A DNA stretch of 64,000 bases from an uncultured Candidatus Bathyarchaeia archaeon (GCA_964649235.1 CAZYOZ010000001.1:9102-73101); one strand, 5' to 3'; counted from the first letter of the stretch, positions 29,819 through 40,612 are shown. A program made the numbers and translations. The notes: generated from the letters alone by a model not told the origin.

Positions 29819-32800
29819 GTGTCGGTGGCTGAAGAAGCAACCAAAGTCATTGGAAGCATCCGCTTCACTCTCCTCTCGCCCAGCGAAATCAGAAAACTAT
29901 CAGCGGTCGAAATTCAGACGGCGGACACGTATGATGAAGATGGCGTGCCCATCGTTTCCGGCCTCATGGACGGCCGACTGGGCACCCTTGAACCACGCCA
30001 GAAATGCAAGACCTGCGGCAACACAGCCTCGGCCTGCCCGGGGCATTTCGGCCACATCGAACTTGCCGAGCCCGTTATCCACGTTGCCTTCGCCAAACTA
30101 ATTTACAAACTCTTGCAAGTCACCTGCCGCAACTGCGGCCGAATTCTGCTCTCAGCAGACAAGATCAAAGCCTACAACGAACTTATGCAGAGAGAGCAGA
30201 AACAACTCAACGAGATTCCCGCTTCATTCTATGAAGCCGTGATGAAGGACGCAAAGAAATCTCAAGAATGCCCACACTGTGGTGCTCGCCAATACCGGGT
30301 GGAACATGGAAAGCCGACCACGTTCCACGAAATGGTGGACGGCGGCGCATCTAGGCTTACGCCCAGCGCGATCCGTGAACGCCTTGAACGTATCCCGGAC
30401 GAGGATCTCCTTCTGCTTGGAATGGATTCGACTTCGGCGCGGCCTGAATGGATGGTTCTTCAGGTTCTCCCTGTTCCTGCGGTTACAGTTCGCCCCTCAA
30501 TCACCTTGGAGTCGGGCATCCGTTCGGAAGACGACCTGACCCACAAACTGGTCGACATCATCAGAATCAACCAGAAGCTGAAGGAAGCCCTCGAGTCGGG
30601 CGTCCCCGTTAACATCATCCAGGAACTTCACGAGCTCCTCCAATACCATGTTACTACTTATTTCGATAACGAAGTCTCAGGCCTGCCGCCGGCCCGGCAC
30701 AGGTCTGGCCGTGCCCTGAAGACTCTGAGCCAGCGTCTGAAAGGAAAAGAGGGGAGGTTCAGAGGCAACCTATCTGGAAAGCGAGTTGACTTCTCTGCGC
30801 GGACAGTTATCTCACCTGACCCAAACATAGATATCAACGAGGTCGGTGTCCCACTCGAAGTCGCACAGCGCCTTACGATTCCAGAGAGAGTTACACCTTG
30901 GAACATTGAGGAACTACGTGAGCTCATCCGGAATGGTCCCGACCAGTACCCGGGCGCGCTCTATGTTGTGAGGCCTGACGGGCGACGGGTCAGACTCGAA
31001 TTTGTCACCGAGCGCGAAAGCTTGGCGGAAGCTATCCAGCCGGGGTTCATTGTCGAACGGCACATCCGGGACGGGGATATCGTTCTGTTCAACAGGCAGC
31101 CATCACTACATCGCATGTCCATAATGGCGCACACCGTCAAGGTTCTGCCGTACAAGACCTTCAGGTTGAATCCATGTGTTTGCCCACCGTACAACGCTGA
31201 CTTCGACGGAGACGAGATGAACCTACACGTCCCGCAGGGCGAAGAGGCCAGGACCGAAGCCAAGCTGCTCATGCAGGTCCAAGACCAAATACTCTCGCCT
31301 CGATATGGCGGGCCGATAATTGGCGCAAAGACAGACCTTCTGACTGCTGCTTATCTTCTCACCAGGAAATCTACGTACCTCACGAAAGAGGAAGTGGGGA
31401 AACTCCTCATTGCTGCAGAATACACAGGTGAAGTTCCGCCGCCTGAAATTAAGAGGCCCCTCGAACTTTGGAGCGGAAAGCAGATCTTCGGCCTCTTCCT
31501 CCCGAAGGGATTCAGCTTCGTCGCCAAGTCAAGCATTGTCACCCAAGAGGACGGTAACGCAGTCGTAGTCAAAGACGGAGAACTCGTACAGGGCGTTATT
31601 GACAAGAACACAATCGGAGCCGAACGCTCAGAGAGCCTCTTTCACCGCTTGGTCAAGGACTACGGTTCTGAGATCTCCAGAGACTTCTTGAACAGTCTAA
31701 TCAAACTGTTGGACCGTTTCATTACGCTGAGAGGCTTCACCTACGGCGTTGACGAACTTGATACCCCATCCTCAATTAAGGAAAAGATTTCGAAGTCGAT
31801 CAAAAAGTCCGAGGAACACGTTCAGGACCTAATCGAGCAGTACAAGAGAAGAACCCTAGAGAGATTACCTGGCCGGTCACTTGAGGAGTCGCTGGAACTT
31901 CGGATCATGGACGAACTGTCAAAGGCAAGGGACCAAGCCGGGGAGCTTGCAGAGCAATACCTGAAGACCAAGACGGACAACGCGGGCGTGATTATGACTC
32001 AGACTGGCGCCCGCGGGTCAATGCTCAACATTGCACAGATGGTGGCCAGCGTGGGGCAGCAATCAATCCGCGGTCAACGAATTAGGCGGGGCTATAGGGA
32101 GAGGGCTCTCTCCTGTTTTGAGAGAGGGGACGCGGGCGCGGAGGCTCGCGGCTTCGTATACTCAGCATACCAAGATGGATTGAGTCCGGTAGAATTCTTC
32201 TTCCACGCCATGGGTGGGAGAGAAGGGCTGGTCGACACAGCGGTCCGAACGCAGCAGAGCGGCTACATGCAGCGCCGACTCATCAACGCACTGGAGCACA
32301 TCAGGGTCGAATACGATGGAACTGTTCGAGACTCAAGAGGCGACATCATACAGTTCAGATACGGAGAAGATGGAGTCGACACGGCAAAGAGCGACCACGG
32401 CAAGGCCGTCAACACCGAACGGCTGGTCGAGCGAATACAACTGACCATTGAGAAAGGCGCCAAAGCCAGCAAAGCCTACATCGACAAAAAGATTGCAGAT
32501 ATCAAACGCGACCTCACTCCCGCCCTCGCAGAGGAGCTTAAGCAGAGCTTACTCAAAGCAAAACTCACACGCAAGGGTGTTGATGAAGCAATAAAGGAAG
32601 CCGTAAAGAACTACCGAAGAGCAACCATCGAACCAGGCGAAGCAGCAGGAATCGTCTCCGCCCAATCAATCGGCGAACCTGGAACCCAGATGACGCTCAG
32701 GACCTTCCATTTCGCAGGCGTCAGAGAACAGAACGTAACCTTAGGCCTTCCGAGGTTAATCGAGATCGTTGACGCACGGAAGATTCCGTCTACACCCATG

Positions 32801-33631
32801 ATGAACGTCTACCTAGGCAAGAAGCACCGTGCAAGCCGCGAGAAGGCTCAAGAAGTAGCAACAAGCATAACCCACACAACACTGGGAAACATTGCGTCGA
32901 GCATTGAATCAGACATAACCAAAATGCGCATAGAGGTAACGCTCAACACCGAGGCCATGAAAGAACGCGACGTCACAATCAAAGATGTCAAGGGGGCGGT
33001 CACTCCTGGGGGCTGCAAGGTAGAAGTAGACAGGAATACGATACACATCACTACGCAGGAGATGGACATAGCGCAATTCAACAGGCTTCTCAACCGCTTG
33101 CCAATGATGCACGTCAAGGGTATACCGCAAGTCAAGCGAGCACTGGTCATGGAAGAGAAGACAGGCGATAAGAGCGAATGGGTAATTCGCACTGAAGGAT
33201 CCAACTTGGCAATGACCTTGGAAACCCCAGGTGTCGACACCGCTCGAACAATTTCCAATAACATGCATGAGGTCGCTGAGGTGCTGGGCATCGAGGCAGC
33301 CCGCAACATCATAATCCGCGAAGCCACAGCGGTCCTCGAAGAGCAGGGCCTCGATGTTGATGTGCGCCACGTCATGCTTGTCGCCGATGCAATGACCGCA
33401 TCAGGCGAAGTGTTGCAGGTTGGAAGGCATGGAGTCAGCGGTGAGAAAGCAAGCACGCTCGCTAAGGCGGCCTTCGAGATCACCATACCCACAATAGTCG
33501 ACGCCGCAATCAAAGGAACTCGTGACACTCTCAGAGGAGTGGCCGAAAACGTCATAGTAGGACAGCAAGTTCCGATGGGAACCGGACTCATTGAAGTCTA
33601 CATGTCGATGCCGGAGAAGGGCAAGAAGTAG
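29819..33631 (+). CDS. rpoA1: RNA polymerase subunit A (Rpo1), fused A'/A''
   Basis: CPGHFGHIEL and NADFDGDEMN followed in the same ORF by the A'' motifs SIGEPGTQMT and AAFE. Confidence 0.98.
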   Translation: MSVAEEATKVIGSIRFTLLSPSEIRKLSAVEIQTADTYDEDGVPIVSGLMDGRLGTLEPRQKCKTCGNTASACPGHFGHIELAEPVIHVAFAKLIYKLLQVTCRNCGRILLSADKIKAYNELMQREQKQLNEIPASFYEAVMKDAKKSQECPHCGARQYRVEHGKPTTFHEMVDGGASRLTPSAIRERLERIPDEDLLLLGMDSTSARPEWMVLQVLPVPAVTVRPSITLESGIRSEDDLTHKLVDIIRINQKLKEALESGVPVNIIQELHELLQYHVTTYFDNEVSGLPPARHRSGRALKTLSQRLKGKEGRFRGNLSGKRVDFSARTVISPDPNIDINEVGVPLEVAQRLTIPERVTPWNIEELRELIRNGPDQYPGALYVVRPDGRRVRLEFVTERESLAEAIQPGFIVERHIRDGDIVLFNRQPSLHRMSIMAHTVKVLPYKTFRLNPCVCPPYNADFDGDEMNLHVPQGEEARTEAKLLMQVQDQILSPRYGGPIIGAKTDLLTAAYLLTRKSTYLTKEEVGKLLIAAEYTGEVPPPEIKRPLELWSGKQIFGLFLPKGFSFVAKSSIVTQEDGNAVVVKDGELVQGVIDKNTIGAERSESLFHRLVKDYGSEISRDFLNSLIKLLDRFITLRGFTYGVDELDTPSSIKEKISKSIKKSEEHVQDLIEQYKRRTLERLPGRSLEESLELRIMDELSKARDQAGELAEQYLKTKTDNAGVIMTQTGARGSMLNIAQMVASVGQQSIRGQRIRRGYRERALSCFERGDAGAEARGFVYSAYQDGLSPVEFFFHAMGGREGLVDTAVRTQQSGYMQRRLINALEHIRVEYDGTVRDSRGDIIQFRYGEDGVDTAKSDHGKAVNTERLVERIQLTIEKGAKASKAYIDKKIADIKRDLTPALAEELKQSLLKAKLTRKGVDEAIKEAVKNYRRATIEPGEAAGIVSAQSIGEPGTQMTLRTFHFAGVREQNVTLGLPRLIEIVDARKIPSTPMMNVYLGKKHRASREKAQEVATSITHTTLGNIASSIESDITKMRIEVTLNTEAMKERDVTIKDVKGAVTPGGCKVEVDRNTIHITTQEMDIAQFNRLLNRLPMMHVKGIPQVKRALVMEEKTGDKSEWVIRTEGSNLAMTLETPGVDTARTISNNMHEVAEVLGIEAARNIIIREATAVLEEQGLDVDVRHVMLVADAMTASGEVLQVGRHGVSGEKASTLAKAAFEITIPTIVDAAIKGTRDTLRGVAENVIVGQQVPMGTGLIEVYMSMPEKGKK

Positions 33632-33945
33632 TGCAGACAGCAAGAGTGGACGTAAACAAGCAGATTCAGATAGCCGTAAAGACCGGCAAAGTCTCCTTCG
33701 GGGTCAGGGAAGCTGTAGACTCGGCCAGACTGGCTAGGGCGAAGCTGCTCATCCTATCGTCGAATTGTCCCGAACCACATAAATCGAACATAGTATATTA
33801 CGCCAAACAATCGCAGGTTCCTGTGTTCGAGTACCCGGGCCCAAGCGTAGACCTGGGAACAGCATGCGGAAAACCCTTCGTGGTGGCTGCCCTGACGGTC
33901 AAGGAACCTGGAGATTCCGAGATCCTGAAGCTGGCTGAGCGCTAG
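33631..33945 (+). CDS. rpl30e: 50S ribosomal protein L30e
   Basis: KTGKVSFG, DLGTACGKPF, EPGDS; position in the rpo operon. Confidence 0.95.
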   Translation: MQTARVDVNKQIQIAVKTGKVSFGVREAVDSARLARAKLLILSSNCPEPHKSNIVYYAKQSQVPVFEYPGPSVDLGTACGKPFVVAALTVKEPGDSEILKLAER

Positions 33946-33948
33946 AAA

Positions 33949-34386
33949 ATGGCAACATCGCGAATAAAGCTGACGGGTGAGGAGATGCGTTTCATCGCTC
34001 TCTTCGAAAATATCACTGGGGCCACCGCAAACGACTGCGTAATCGACAACCAATATGACCGAATTATCTTCGTCACCAAAACCGGTGACATGGGCCTTGC
34101 GATCGGCAAAGCAGGGAAGAACATCAACATGCTCCGAAAGATGACTGGCAAACCCATAGAAGTCGTAGAATTCTCCGACAATATAGAAGGGCTAGTGCGG
34201 AATTGCCTCTCGCCAGCCAAAATCAGGGAAGTTCGAATAACCGAGCGGCCAGACCGCAAGATTGTAGTGGTCGAAGTCGACCCCAAAGACAAGGCTCTGG
34301 CAATAGGAAAGAATGGGAGAACGATAGACAAGACTCGCATGCTCGCAAAGCGCTACTACCAAGTAGACCACGTCCAGATCGCCTGA
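33949..34386 (+). CDS. nusA: Archaeal NusA-like transcription factor
   Basis: Two KH domains (AIGKAGKNI, AIGKNGRTI). Confidence 0.95.
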   Translation: MATSRIKLTGEEMRFIALFENITGATANDCVIDNQYDRIIFVTKTGDMGLAIGKAGKNINMLRKMTGKPIEVVEFSDNIEGLVRNCLSPAKIREVRITERPDRKIVVVEVDPKDKALAIGKNGRTIDKTRMLAKRYYQVDHVQIA

Positions 34387-34491
34387 GCAACTCTTCTTCT
34401 GTCCCACGATTCTGCGCCTAGACTCGTTCGTTCTCATACCTCTTCAGGCTTTTATTGGGCGCATCGCGGCATACGGCTGAGGCTTTCAGCG

Positions 34492-35412
34492 GTGGACAAG
34501 GCGACCAAGATTTGGCTCAACGGAGACATCGTTGACTGGGACGCGGCTAAGATTCACCTCTTGACACACGGGCTGCACTACGGAACTGCAGTCTTCGAGG
34601 GAATACGTTGTTACAGGACTGATGGGGGGCCTGCAATATTCAGGCTCTACGACCATGTCTGGCGTTTGATAAACAGTGCGAAGATCTACCTGATGGAGCT
34701 CAGATACAATGCCGATGAAATTGCTGAAGCAATTAAGTCGACTGTCAGGGCGAATCGTTCAGACGAATGCTACATTCGGCCGATAGCATACTATGGTTAT
34801 GGCGAGATGGGCGTCAACCCGCTTCCGAACAAAGTGGATTTGGCAATTGCGGCTTGGCGTTGGGGAGCATACCTTGGCGAGGGGGCCCTGGAAAAGGGCG
34901 TGAGGTGCATGGTATCCTCTTGGCGCCGCATTAGCCCGTTGACGTTGCCACCGCAGGCCAAATCCTCAGCTAATTATGCCAACTCGGCGCTCGCGAAAAT
35001 AGAAGCTATCAAGGCAGGATACGACGAAGCGATTCTGCTGAATGTAAACGGAATGGTATCGGAGGCGACGGGTGAGAACGTCTTTCGCGTGAAGCGAGGC
35101 GCCCTTTCAACCCCGCCTGCTTCAGCAGGAGTCCTCCGAGGAATTACGCGGGACACAGTGATCCAGCTCGCAGCTGAAATTGGAGTGGAATGCCGTCGAA
35201 TTGACATTTCCAGAGAAGAACTATACACGTCGGACGAGCTGTTCCTGTCTGGAACGGCAGCAGAAATCACGCCGATCAGTGAAGTTGACGGAAGAAAGGT
35301 TGGAAATGGGGCTTTTCCCATAACCAGGAAGCTTCAGGCGGCCTATGAAAACGCGGTTAGAGGCCGAAACAGCAACCACTCACAATGGCTCACATACGTC
35401 GAAGGAGATTGA
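34492..35412 (+). CDS. ilvE: Branched-chain amino acid aminotransferase
   Basis: HGLHYGTAVFEGIR, AKSSANY, EATGEN, LRGITRD, GTAAE. Confidence 0.95.
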   Translation: MDKATKIWLNGDIVDWDAAKIHLLTHGLHYGTAVFEGIRCYRTDGGPAIFRLYDHVWRLINSAKIYLMELRYNADEIAEAIKSTVRANRSDECYIRPIAYYGYGEMGVNPLPNKVDLAIAAWRWGAYLGEGALEKGVRCMVSSWRRISPLTLPPQAKSSANYANSALAKIEAIKAGYDEAILLNVNGMVSEATGENVFRVKRGALSTPPASAGVLRGITRDTVIQLAAEIGVECRRIDISREELYTSDELFLSGTAAEITPISEVDGRKVGNGAFPITRKLQAAYENAVRGRNSNHSQWLTYVEGD

Positions 35413-35431
35413 GCAGCACATATGCCTAGTT

Positions 35432-36982
35432 TCATTCACCGAATTTGATGCCTTGAGCTAGCGGGAGTTCATCGCTCCAGTTCATGGTGACCGTCTGGCG
35501 GCGCATGTACTGCTTCCAAGCATCGGAGCCCGCCTCTCTGCCGCCGCCTGTCTCCTTTTCTCCGCCGAAGGCTCCCCCAATTTCTGCACCAGAGGTGCCT
35601 ATGTTAACGTTGGCTATGCCGCAGTCGCTGCCTAAAGCTGAGAGAAATCTCTCAGCGTTCTTCAGAGATTCAGTAAAGATGGCTGAAGACAAGCCTTGGG
35701 GAACCTCGTTGTGCAGCTTGATTGCGTCGTCAAGAGTGTTATAGGGCATGATGTACAGGATGGGTGCAAAGGTTTCTTCACAAACGAGCTGCGTGTTTCC
35801 TGGAACTCGGACAATCGCGGGCGTGACGTAAAACCCTGGCCTGTCTAGCTTCTTCCCCCCCGCAACTATCTTGCCGCCCTGATTCCGTATCTCGTCCAGC
35901 GCTTTCATCATCGTATTCACGGCCGCTCCGTCTACAACTGGACCCATCAAAGTGTCTGGTTCGAGCGGGTTGCCAATGCGAACCTGCTCGTAGCCCTTCA
36001 CAAGCCTCTCAGTTAACTCATCGACGATCTCTCTGTGCGCGATTATTCGCCTAGTAGTCGTGCAACGCTGGCCCGCAGTACCCACAGCGCCGAAGAGTAT
36101 GGCTCGGGTTGCTAGGTCAAGGTTCGCGTCTTCCGCCACAATGATTGCATTATTGCCGCCCAATTCGAGAATAGTGCGTGCCAGTCGTTTCGCTGCGGCT
36201 TCCGCGACACGTTTTCCCATCTTCGTTGATCCCGTCGATGAGATCAGCGAGATTCTCTTGTCGTTGATGAGCCGTTCGCCAATCGTCGGGCCGGTGCCGA
36301 CTACGAGTGTGAATATTCCCGTAAGGTCGTTTGCCTTCATTACGCGATTCACGACGTGCTGAACTGCGATGCCGCTGAGCGGGGTCTTTGAGGATGGTTT
36401 CCACACCATCGTGTTGCCGCAGACAGCAGCGATCATCGAGTTCCATGACCAAACAGCAATTGGGAAATTGAATGCCGTAATTATCCCGATGACCCCCAAG
36501 GGCTGCCATTGTTCATACATTCGATGTGAGGGGCGCTCAGACTGCATCGTCAATCCGTACAGTTGCCGCGACAGCCCAACGGCGAAGTCTGCGATGTCAA
36601 TCGCTTCCTGTACTTCACCCATCCCTTCAGCAAAGATCTTTCCCATCTCCAAAGTTACTAGCTTACCTAGTGGTTCCTTCAGTTTCCTGAGCTCATCACC
36701 GATTTGTCGCACAACCTGCCCACGTTTCGGCGCAGGTATCATGGACCATTTGCGAAAGTTCTCTTGTGCCGCTCGGACAACGTGTTCATAGTCCTCTTCT
36801 GATGCGAGTGCGACATTTGCAATCAGAGACTCATCAATAGGGCTGACGACATTAAGTTGCTTCTTCCCCTCCGTGCTCCCCCAATCATCCGGCCCTGCGC
36901 ATGTACCAGGGTTGATTTCCTGAATGTTCAGTTCCTTCAAGAACGGGTACTTGCCGTAACTCAGGGTTAAGCTCACAGTCAT
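35432..36982 (-). CDS. Aldehyde dehydrogenase family 7 (aminoadipate-semialdehyde dehydrogenase-like)
   Basis: AFNFPIAVWSWN, LELGGNN, GTAGQRCTT, GAEIGGAFGGEKETGGGRE. Confidence 0.92.
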   Translation of the reverse strand: MTVSLTLSYGKYPFLKELNIQEINPGTCAGPDDWGSTEGKKQLNVVSPIDESLIANVALASEEDYEHVVRAAQENFRKWSMIPAPKRGQVVRQIGDELRKLKEPLGKLVTLEMGKIFAEGMGEVQEAIDIADFAVGLSRQLYGLTMQSERPSHRMYEQWQPLGVIGIITAFNFPIAVWSWNSMIAAVCGNTMVWKPSSKTPLSGIAVQHVVNRVMKANDLTGIFTLVVGTGPTIGERLINDKRISLISSTGSTKMGKRVAEAAAKRLARTILELGGNNAIIVAEDANLDLATRAILFGAVGTAGQRCTTTRRIIAHREIVDELTERLVKGYEQVRIGNPLEPDTLMGPVVDGAAVNTMMKALDEIRNQGGKIVAGGKKLDRPGFYVTPAIVRVPGNTQLVCEETFAPILYIMPYNTLDDAIKLHNEVPQGLSSAIFTESLKNAERFLSALGSDCGIANVNIGTSGAEIGGAFGGEKETGGGREAGSDAWKQYMRRQTVTMNWSDELPLAQGIKFGE

Positions 36983-37023
36983 AGGCGACTGCTCTCCGAT
37001 GCCGGAAGCGATGGACGAATTGA

Positions 37024-38040
37024 TTAGGCTTTACCTTGTTTTTCGCGAAGCTTTGGCACGAGCTCTTTGCAAATTCGTTGCACTGCTTCCTCGGGGTCAG
37101 GGCCGAATGGTAGGCAGAATATCAAGTGGCCTACGCCCTTTTTGATTTGGTCTTGGCATTTCACAAAGCATTTTTCAATTGGCCCGGAAGCTGAGAGCGC
37201 ATCAACCATTTTGTCCGTGACTAGGTCGACTGCCGCTTCGGGTCCCTTCTTGTCGATCGCTATCCGAAGGGCGTCTTGCTCTTGGCGTTTGATTCCTGAA
37301 GCTGCAAGCGCCTCAGGTCTACCCCAGGCCACGAGATCAAGCACAATTTCCCGTGCGGCACCTTTGGCTTCGATCTCATCTTCAGAGAGTGATATGACGA
37401 GAGAATTCGTGATATCAAGCTCGTCTACATCTCTCCCTAACTTGTCAGCACCCTTCTGCACATAGCCAATCGCAGTCGGCAAGTAGTCGGAACTGCATGT
37501 CAAGAGCACACCATCGGCTAACTCGCCAGCAAGGCCGAGCATCTTCGGGCCAGAGCCACCCAGGTAGATCGGAATATTGTGGCCTGCTTGGGTGAGCACA
37601 ATGTCCTGCAGTTGAAACCCCGGGCTCTTCACGGAAACAATTTCGCCATTGAAGAGCTTCCTGCATGCATTCACGGCATCTTTGACTGTATCTACTGGGT
37701 TGCGCTGGGATATGCCCAAAGATGTGAGCCTGTCAATTGAACCCGAGCCCAGACCGAGTATGGCTCTGCCCTTGGATAAGCTATCCAAGGACAAAGTTGC
37801 CGCCGCTATCAAAGCGGGATTTCGCGTGTACGGGTTGCAGATCGATGAACCCAGTTTCACGTTTTTCGTGTTCACCGCCAAGGCGGCGAGTGTCACGAAG
37901 ACATCCCCGAAGGGCGGTGACGGGCTCGTATCGCAAATCCAGACATGCTCTATTCTACTGGCGTCGGCCATTTTTGAAAGCGAAATCACTTCCTCATGGG
38001 GCATTGTAGGTTCTAAGGTGATCCCAAACTTCACCAACAC
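37024..38040 (-). CDS. LLM-class flavin/F420-dependent oxidoreductase (Mer-like)
   Basis: NPYTRNPA, GRAILGLGSG, PIYLGGSGPKML.LAGELADG. Confidence 0.85.
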   Translation of the reverse strand: MLVKFGITLEPTMPHEEVISLSKMADASRIEHVWICDTSPSPPFGDVFVTLAALAVNTKNVKLGSSICNPYTRNPALIAAATLSLDSLSKGRAILGLGSGSIDRLTSLGISQRNPVDTVKDAVNACRKLFNGEIVSVKSPGFQLQDIVLTQAGHNIPIYLGGSGPKMLGLAGELADGVLLTCSSDYLPTAIGYVQKGADKLGRDVDELDITNSLVISLSEDEIEAKGAAREIVLDLVAWGRPEALAASGIKRQEQDALRIAIDKKGPEAAVDLVTDKMVDALSASGPIEKCFVKCQDQIKKGVGHLIFCLPFGPDPEEAVQRICKELVPKLREKQGKA

Positions 38041-38163
38041 TCATGCACCTCTGCCGATTGACTATTCATTAGAATGCGAAAGATTAGCAGATGCTCGAAC
38101 TCAGCATCCACCGTAAAAGGAAGCCTTTCTGCTATTTAGCCTATTGCCCACGTTCCAGACGAA

Positions 38164-38200
38164 TAGAAAAAGAAAGAGGCCTGATTTCAGTCAGGCCTCT
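38164..38200 (-). terminator. Hairpin plus U-tract terminator downstream of sod
   Basis: AGAGGCCTGA/TCAGGCCTCT 10-bp stem followed on the minus strand by TTCTTTTTCT. Confidence 0.65.
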
Positions 38201-38230
38201 CCAGAGACATTCACGTGAATCGCTGAGCAG

Positions 38231-38839
38231 CTAGCGCTTTGCTTTCTGGAAGCGGCTGTCAACATCAGACCAGTTGACGACTTCCCACCACTTGTCAACG
38301 TATGCGGCCCTGTCGTTCTTGTACTGCAAATAGTAAGCGTGTTCCCATACGTCGATACCCAGAAGGATTGGAAGTTGTGCTAAGTGCATGAAGTTCTGCT
38401 TCTCGATCTGGGTCAGAACGAGTTGGTCGGTTGTGTTGTCGTAGAGTAGGAGCGCCCATCCTGAACCTTCGACGGTCTTGGCCGCGTCGGAAAACTGTTG
38501 CTTGAACTTGTCGAAGCCTTCGAAATCTTGCTTCATCTTGTCGGCGATGGCTCCGCCGGGTGCGCCGCCTCCCTTGCCCGGGGACGCCATGTTGGGCCAG
38601 AAGATGCTGTGCAGAACATGTCCGCCGAAGTGGAAGCTGAAGTCTCTCAGCACGGCTTTGATGTCTATTTGCAGCTCGCCCTTTCTAGCCTTCTCAAGCT
38701 TGTCGAGAGCTGTGTTTGCGCCTGTTACGTATGCTGCGTGATGCTTGTCGTGGTGGAGTCGCATGATCTCCTCAGAGATTACTGGTTCGAGCGCGTTGTA
38801 CTTGTATGGCAAATCTGGAAGAGTGTACTTGGTTGGCAT
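38231..38839 (-). CDS. sod: Fe/Mn superoxide dismutase
   Basis: HHDKHH, GGHVLHSIFW, DVWEHAYY. Confidence 0.97.
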   Translation of the reverse strand: MPTKYTLPDLPYKYNALEPVISEEIMRLHHDKHHAAYVTGANTALDKLEKARKGELQIDIKAVLRDFSFHFGGHVLHSIFWPNMASPGKGGGAPGGAIADKMKQDFEGFDKFKQQFSDAAKTVEGSGWALLLYDNTTDQLVLTQIEKQNFMHLAQLPILLGIDVWEHAYYLQYKNDRAAYVDKWWEVVNWSDVDSRFQKAKR

Positions 38840-38927
38840 GCCGCCTAGGCTTGCGCGCATCTCTCATAAACTTTTCATCAACCAAAATCTATCGGCTTGA
38901 GGAGCCGAATTGGCTCGCGGAACGCAA

Positions 38928-39335
38928 CTAGACTAGCTGTTTCACTTCTTCTGTGACTGCTTGGCCTAGATACCCGTAGACTCCTAGTTTGAGAACTTTC
39001 AGTCCCAGAAGTGCGCATTTGATTCTGGTCGGGCCAGGGTCAATGCCTAACAAGCTGAGAACATCTGCTTTCGCCAATGCCTTGATATCATCGAGCGTTT
39101 TCCCCTTCACGGTTTCGGTTAACATCGATGCAGATGCCTGGCTTATTGCACAACCTTGTCCCATGAACCGGATGTCCTCGATCTTACCGTCCCTGACTTT
39201 CAGCTGCATCTCAATAATGTCACCGCACAGAGGATTCGTGTCCTTTGCCCGGATGTCCGGATCAGGTAGGTCGCCGAAGTTGCGTGGGTTACGGTAATAG
39301 TCGAGAATGATTTCCTTGTAGATGTCCGAACTCAT
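38928..39335 (-). CDS. sufU: SufU/IscU Fe-S scaffold
   Basis: NPLCGD, GCAISQAS, RIKCA. Confidence 0.93.
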   Translation of the reverse strand: MSSDIYKEIILDYYRNPRNFGDLPDPDIRAKDTNPLCGDIIEMQLKVRDGKIEDIRFMGQGCAISQASASMLTETVKGKTLDDIKALAKADVLSLLGIDPGPTRIKCALLGLKVLKLGVYGYLGQAVTEEVKQLV

Positions 39336-40579
39336 AGGCTGAAGAGCTTCCTGGCTTTTTCGAGGGCATTGATGAACACATCGACTTCTTCCTTTGTATT
39401 ATAAATGTAGAAACTTGCCCGCGAAGTTGCAGGCACGCCAAGGAATTCCATCAGGGGCTGTGCGCAATGATGGCCCGAGCGGATGGCGATGCCTTCCTCA
39501 TCCATGATTGACGCTAGGTCGTGAGCATGGATGTCTCCGAGATTGAAGGAGATGACCCCCACCCGGTTTTCGACGTCCCTTGGACCGTAGGTTACTAGTC
39601 CTTTGACCTCGGACATTCTCCTTAGAGCGTAATCCGCGATGTCTCTCTCATGATCGTGTATAGTATTCATTCCTACATGATTCAAGTAGTCAACCGCTGC
39701 CCCTAACCCGATGGCGCCCGCGACATTCGGCGTTCCAGCTTCAAACTTGTATGGGAGATCCTTCCACGAGGAACCTGTGGTGTGGACTTCCCTGATCATT
39801 TCGCCTCCACCCAAGAAAGGTGGCATCTTCTCAAGGAATTCTCGTTTTCCGAATAGAACGCCAATTCCTGTTGGCCCCATCATCTTGTGGCCTGAGAACG
39901 CCATAAAGTCGCAATCAAGATCCCTCACGTTCACGGACATGTGGGGAACCGATTGGGCCGCGTCCACCATCATCAGTGCGCCATAACGGTGGGCAACGCG
40001 GCCGATTTCCCTAATCGGGTTCACGGTGCCGAGAACATTCGATGCGTGCGTCACGCAGACTATTTTCGTTCTTTCGTCAATCAGTTCGTGGATTTCGTCT
40101 TGTCGCAGTAGCCCATTTTCATCGATCTTGACGAATGCTACTTCTGCCCCCTTTTCATGTGCAAGCAACTGCCATGGAACAATGTTACTGTGGTGTTCCA
40201 TGATTGTTAGGACTATTTTGTCCCCTCTTCCTATGTTTGCCCTTCCCCAAGAATTCGCGACTAGGTTTATGGCTTCCGTTGCATTTCGAACGAAAATCAT
40301 CTCTTCAGTGTGGCGGCCGTTGATGAATTTCGCAACTTTTTCTCGAGCTTCTTCGTGGGCAATTGTAGCTTCCTCGGCTAGTTTGTGGATTCCGCGGTGA
40401 ATGTTTGCGTTATAATCGCTGTAGTATCTCGTGAGTGAGTCGATTACTGTTCTTGGTTTCTGCGATGTTGCGGCATTATCGAAGTAGATTAGAGTTTTTC
40501 CGTTGACTTGGCGTCTGAGGATTGGGAAATCGTCCCGGATCCTGAGAACGTTTATGGTGTGTAGCCTTTCAACCAACAC
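39332..40579 (-). CDS. sufS: Cysteine desulfurase SufS
   Basis: DNAATSQKP, EHHSN, SGHKM, RSGHHCAQP. Confidence 0.96.
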   Translation of the reverse strand: MLVERLHTINVLRIRDDFPILRRQVNGKTLIYFDNAATSQKPRTVIDSLTRYYSDYNANIHRGIHKLAEEATIAHEEAREKVAKFINGRHTEEMIFVRNATEAINLVANSWGRANIGRGDKIVLTIMEHHSNIVPWQLLAHEKGAEVAFVKIDENGLLRQDEIHELIDERTKIVCVTHASNVLGTVNPIREIGRVAHRYGALMMVDAAQSVPHMSVNVRDLDCDFMAFSGHKMMGPTGIGVLFGKREFLEKMPPFLGGGEMIREVHTTGSSWKDLPYKFEAGTPNVAGAIGLGAAVDYLNHVGMNTIHDHERDIADYALRRMSEVKGLVTYGPRDVENRVGVISFNLGDIHAHDLASIMDEEGIAIRSGHHCAQPLMEFLGVPATSRASFYIYNTKEEVDVFINALEKARKLFSL

Positions 40580-40612
40580 TCAGACCTGCAGACATTGTGT
40601 GGCCGACGGAAC

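Noticed and set aside
32848..33591. 247-aa antisense ORF in rpoA and many similar shadow ORFs
   Set aside because: Antisense mirror frames of well-supported genes, with no recognisable motifs
37024..38040. LLM protein as true Mer indicating H4MPT/methane metabolism
   Set aside because: Family-level similarity only; no H4MPT genes nearby
38860..38885. Possible degenerate SUF box upstream of sod (ATAAACTTTTCAT)
   Set aside because: Spacing and half-sites do not match ATAAC-N4-GTCAT
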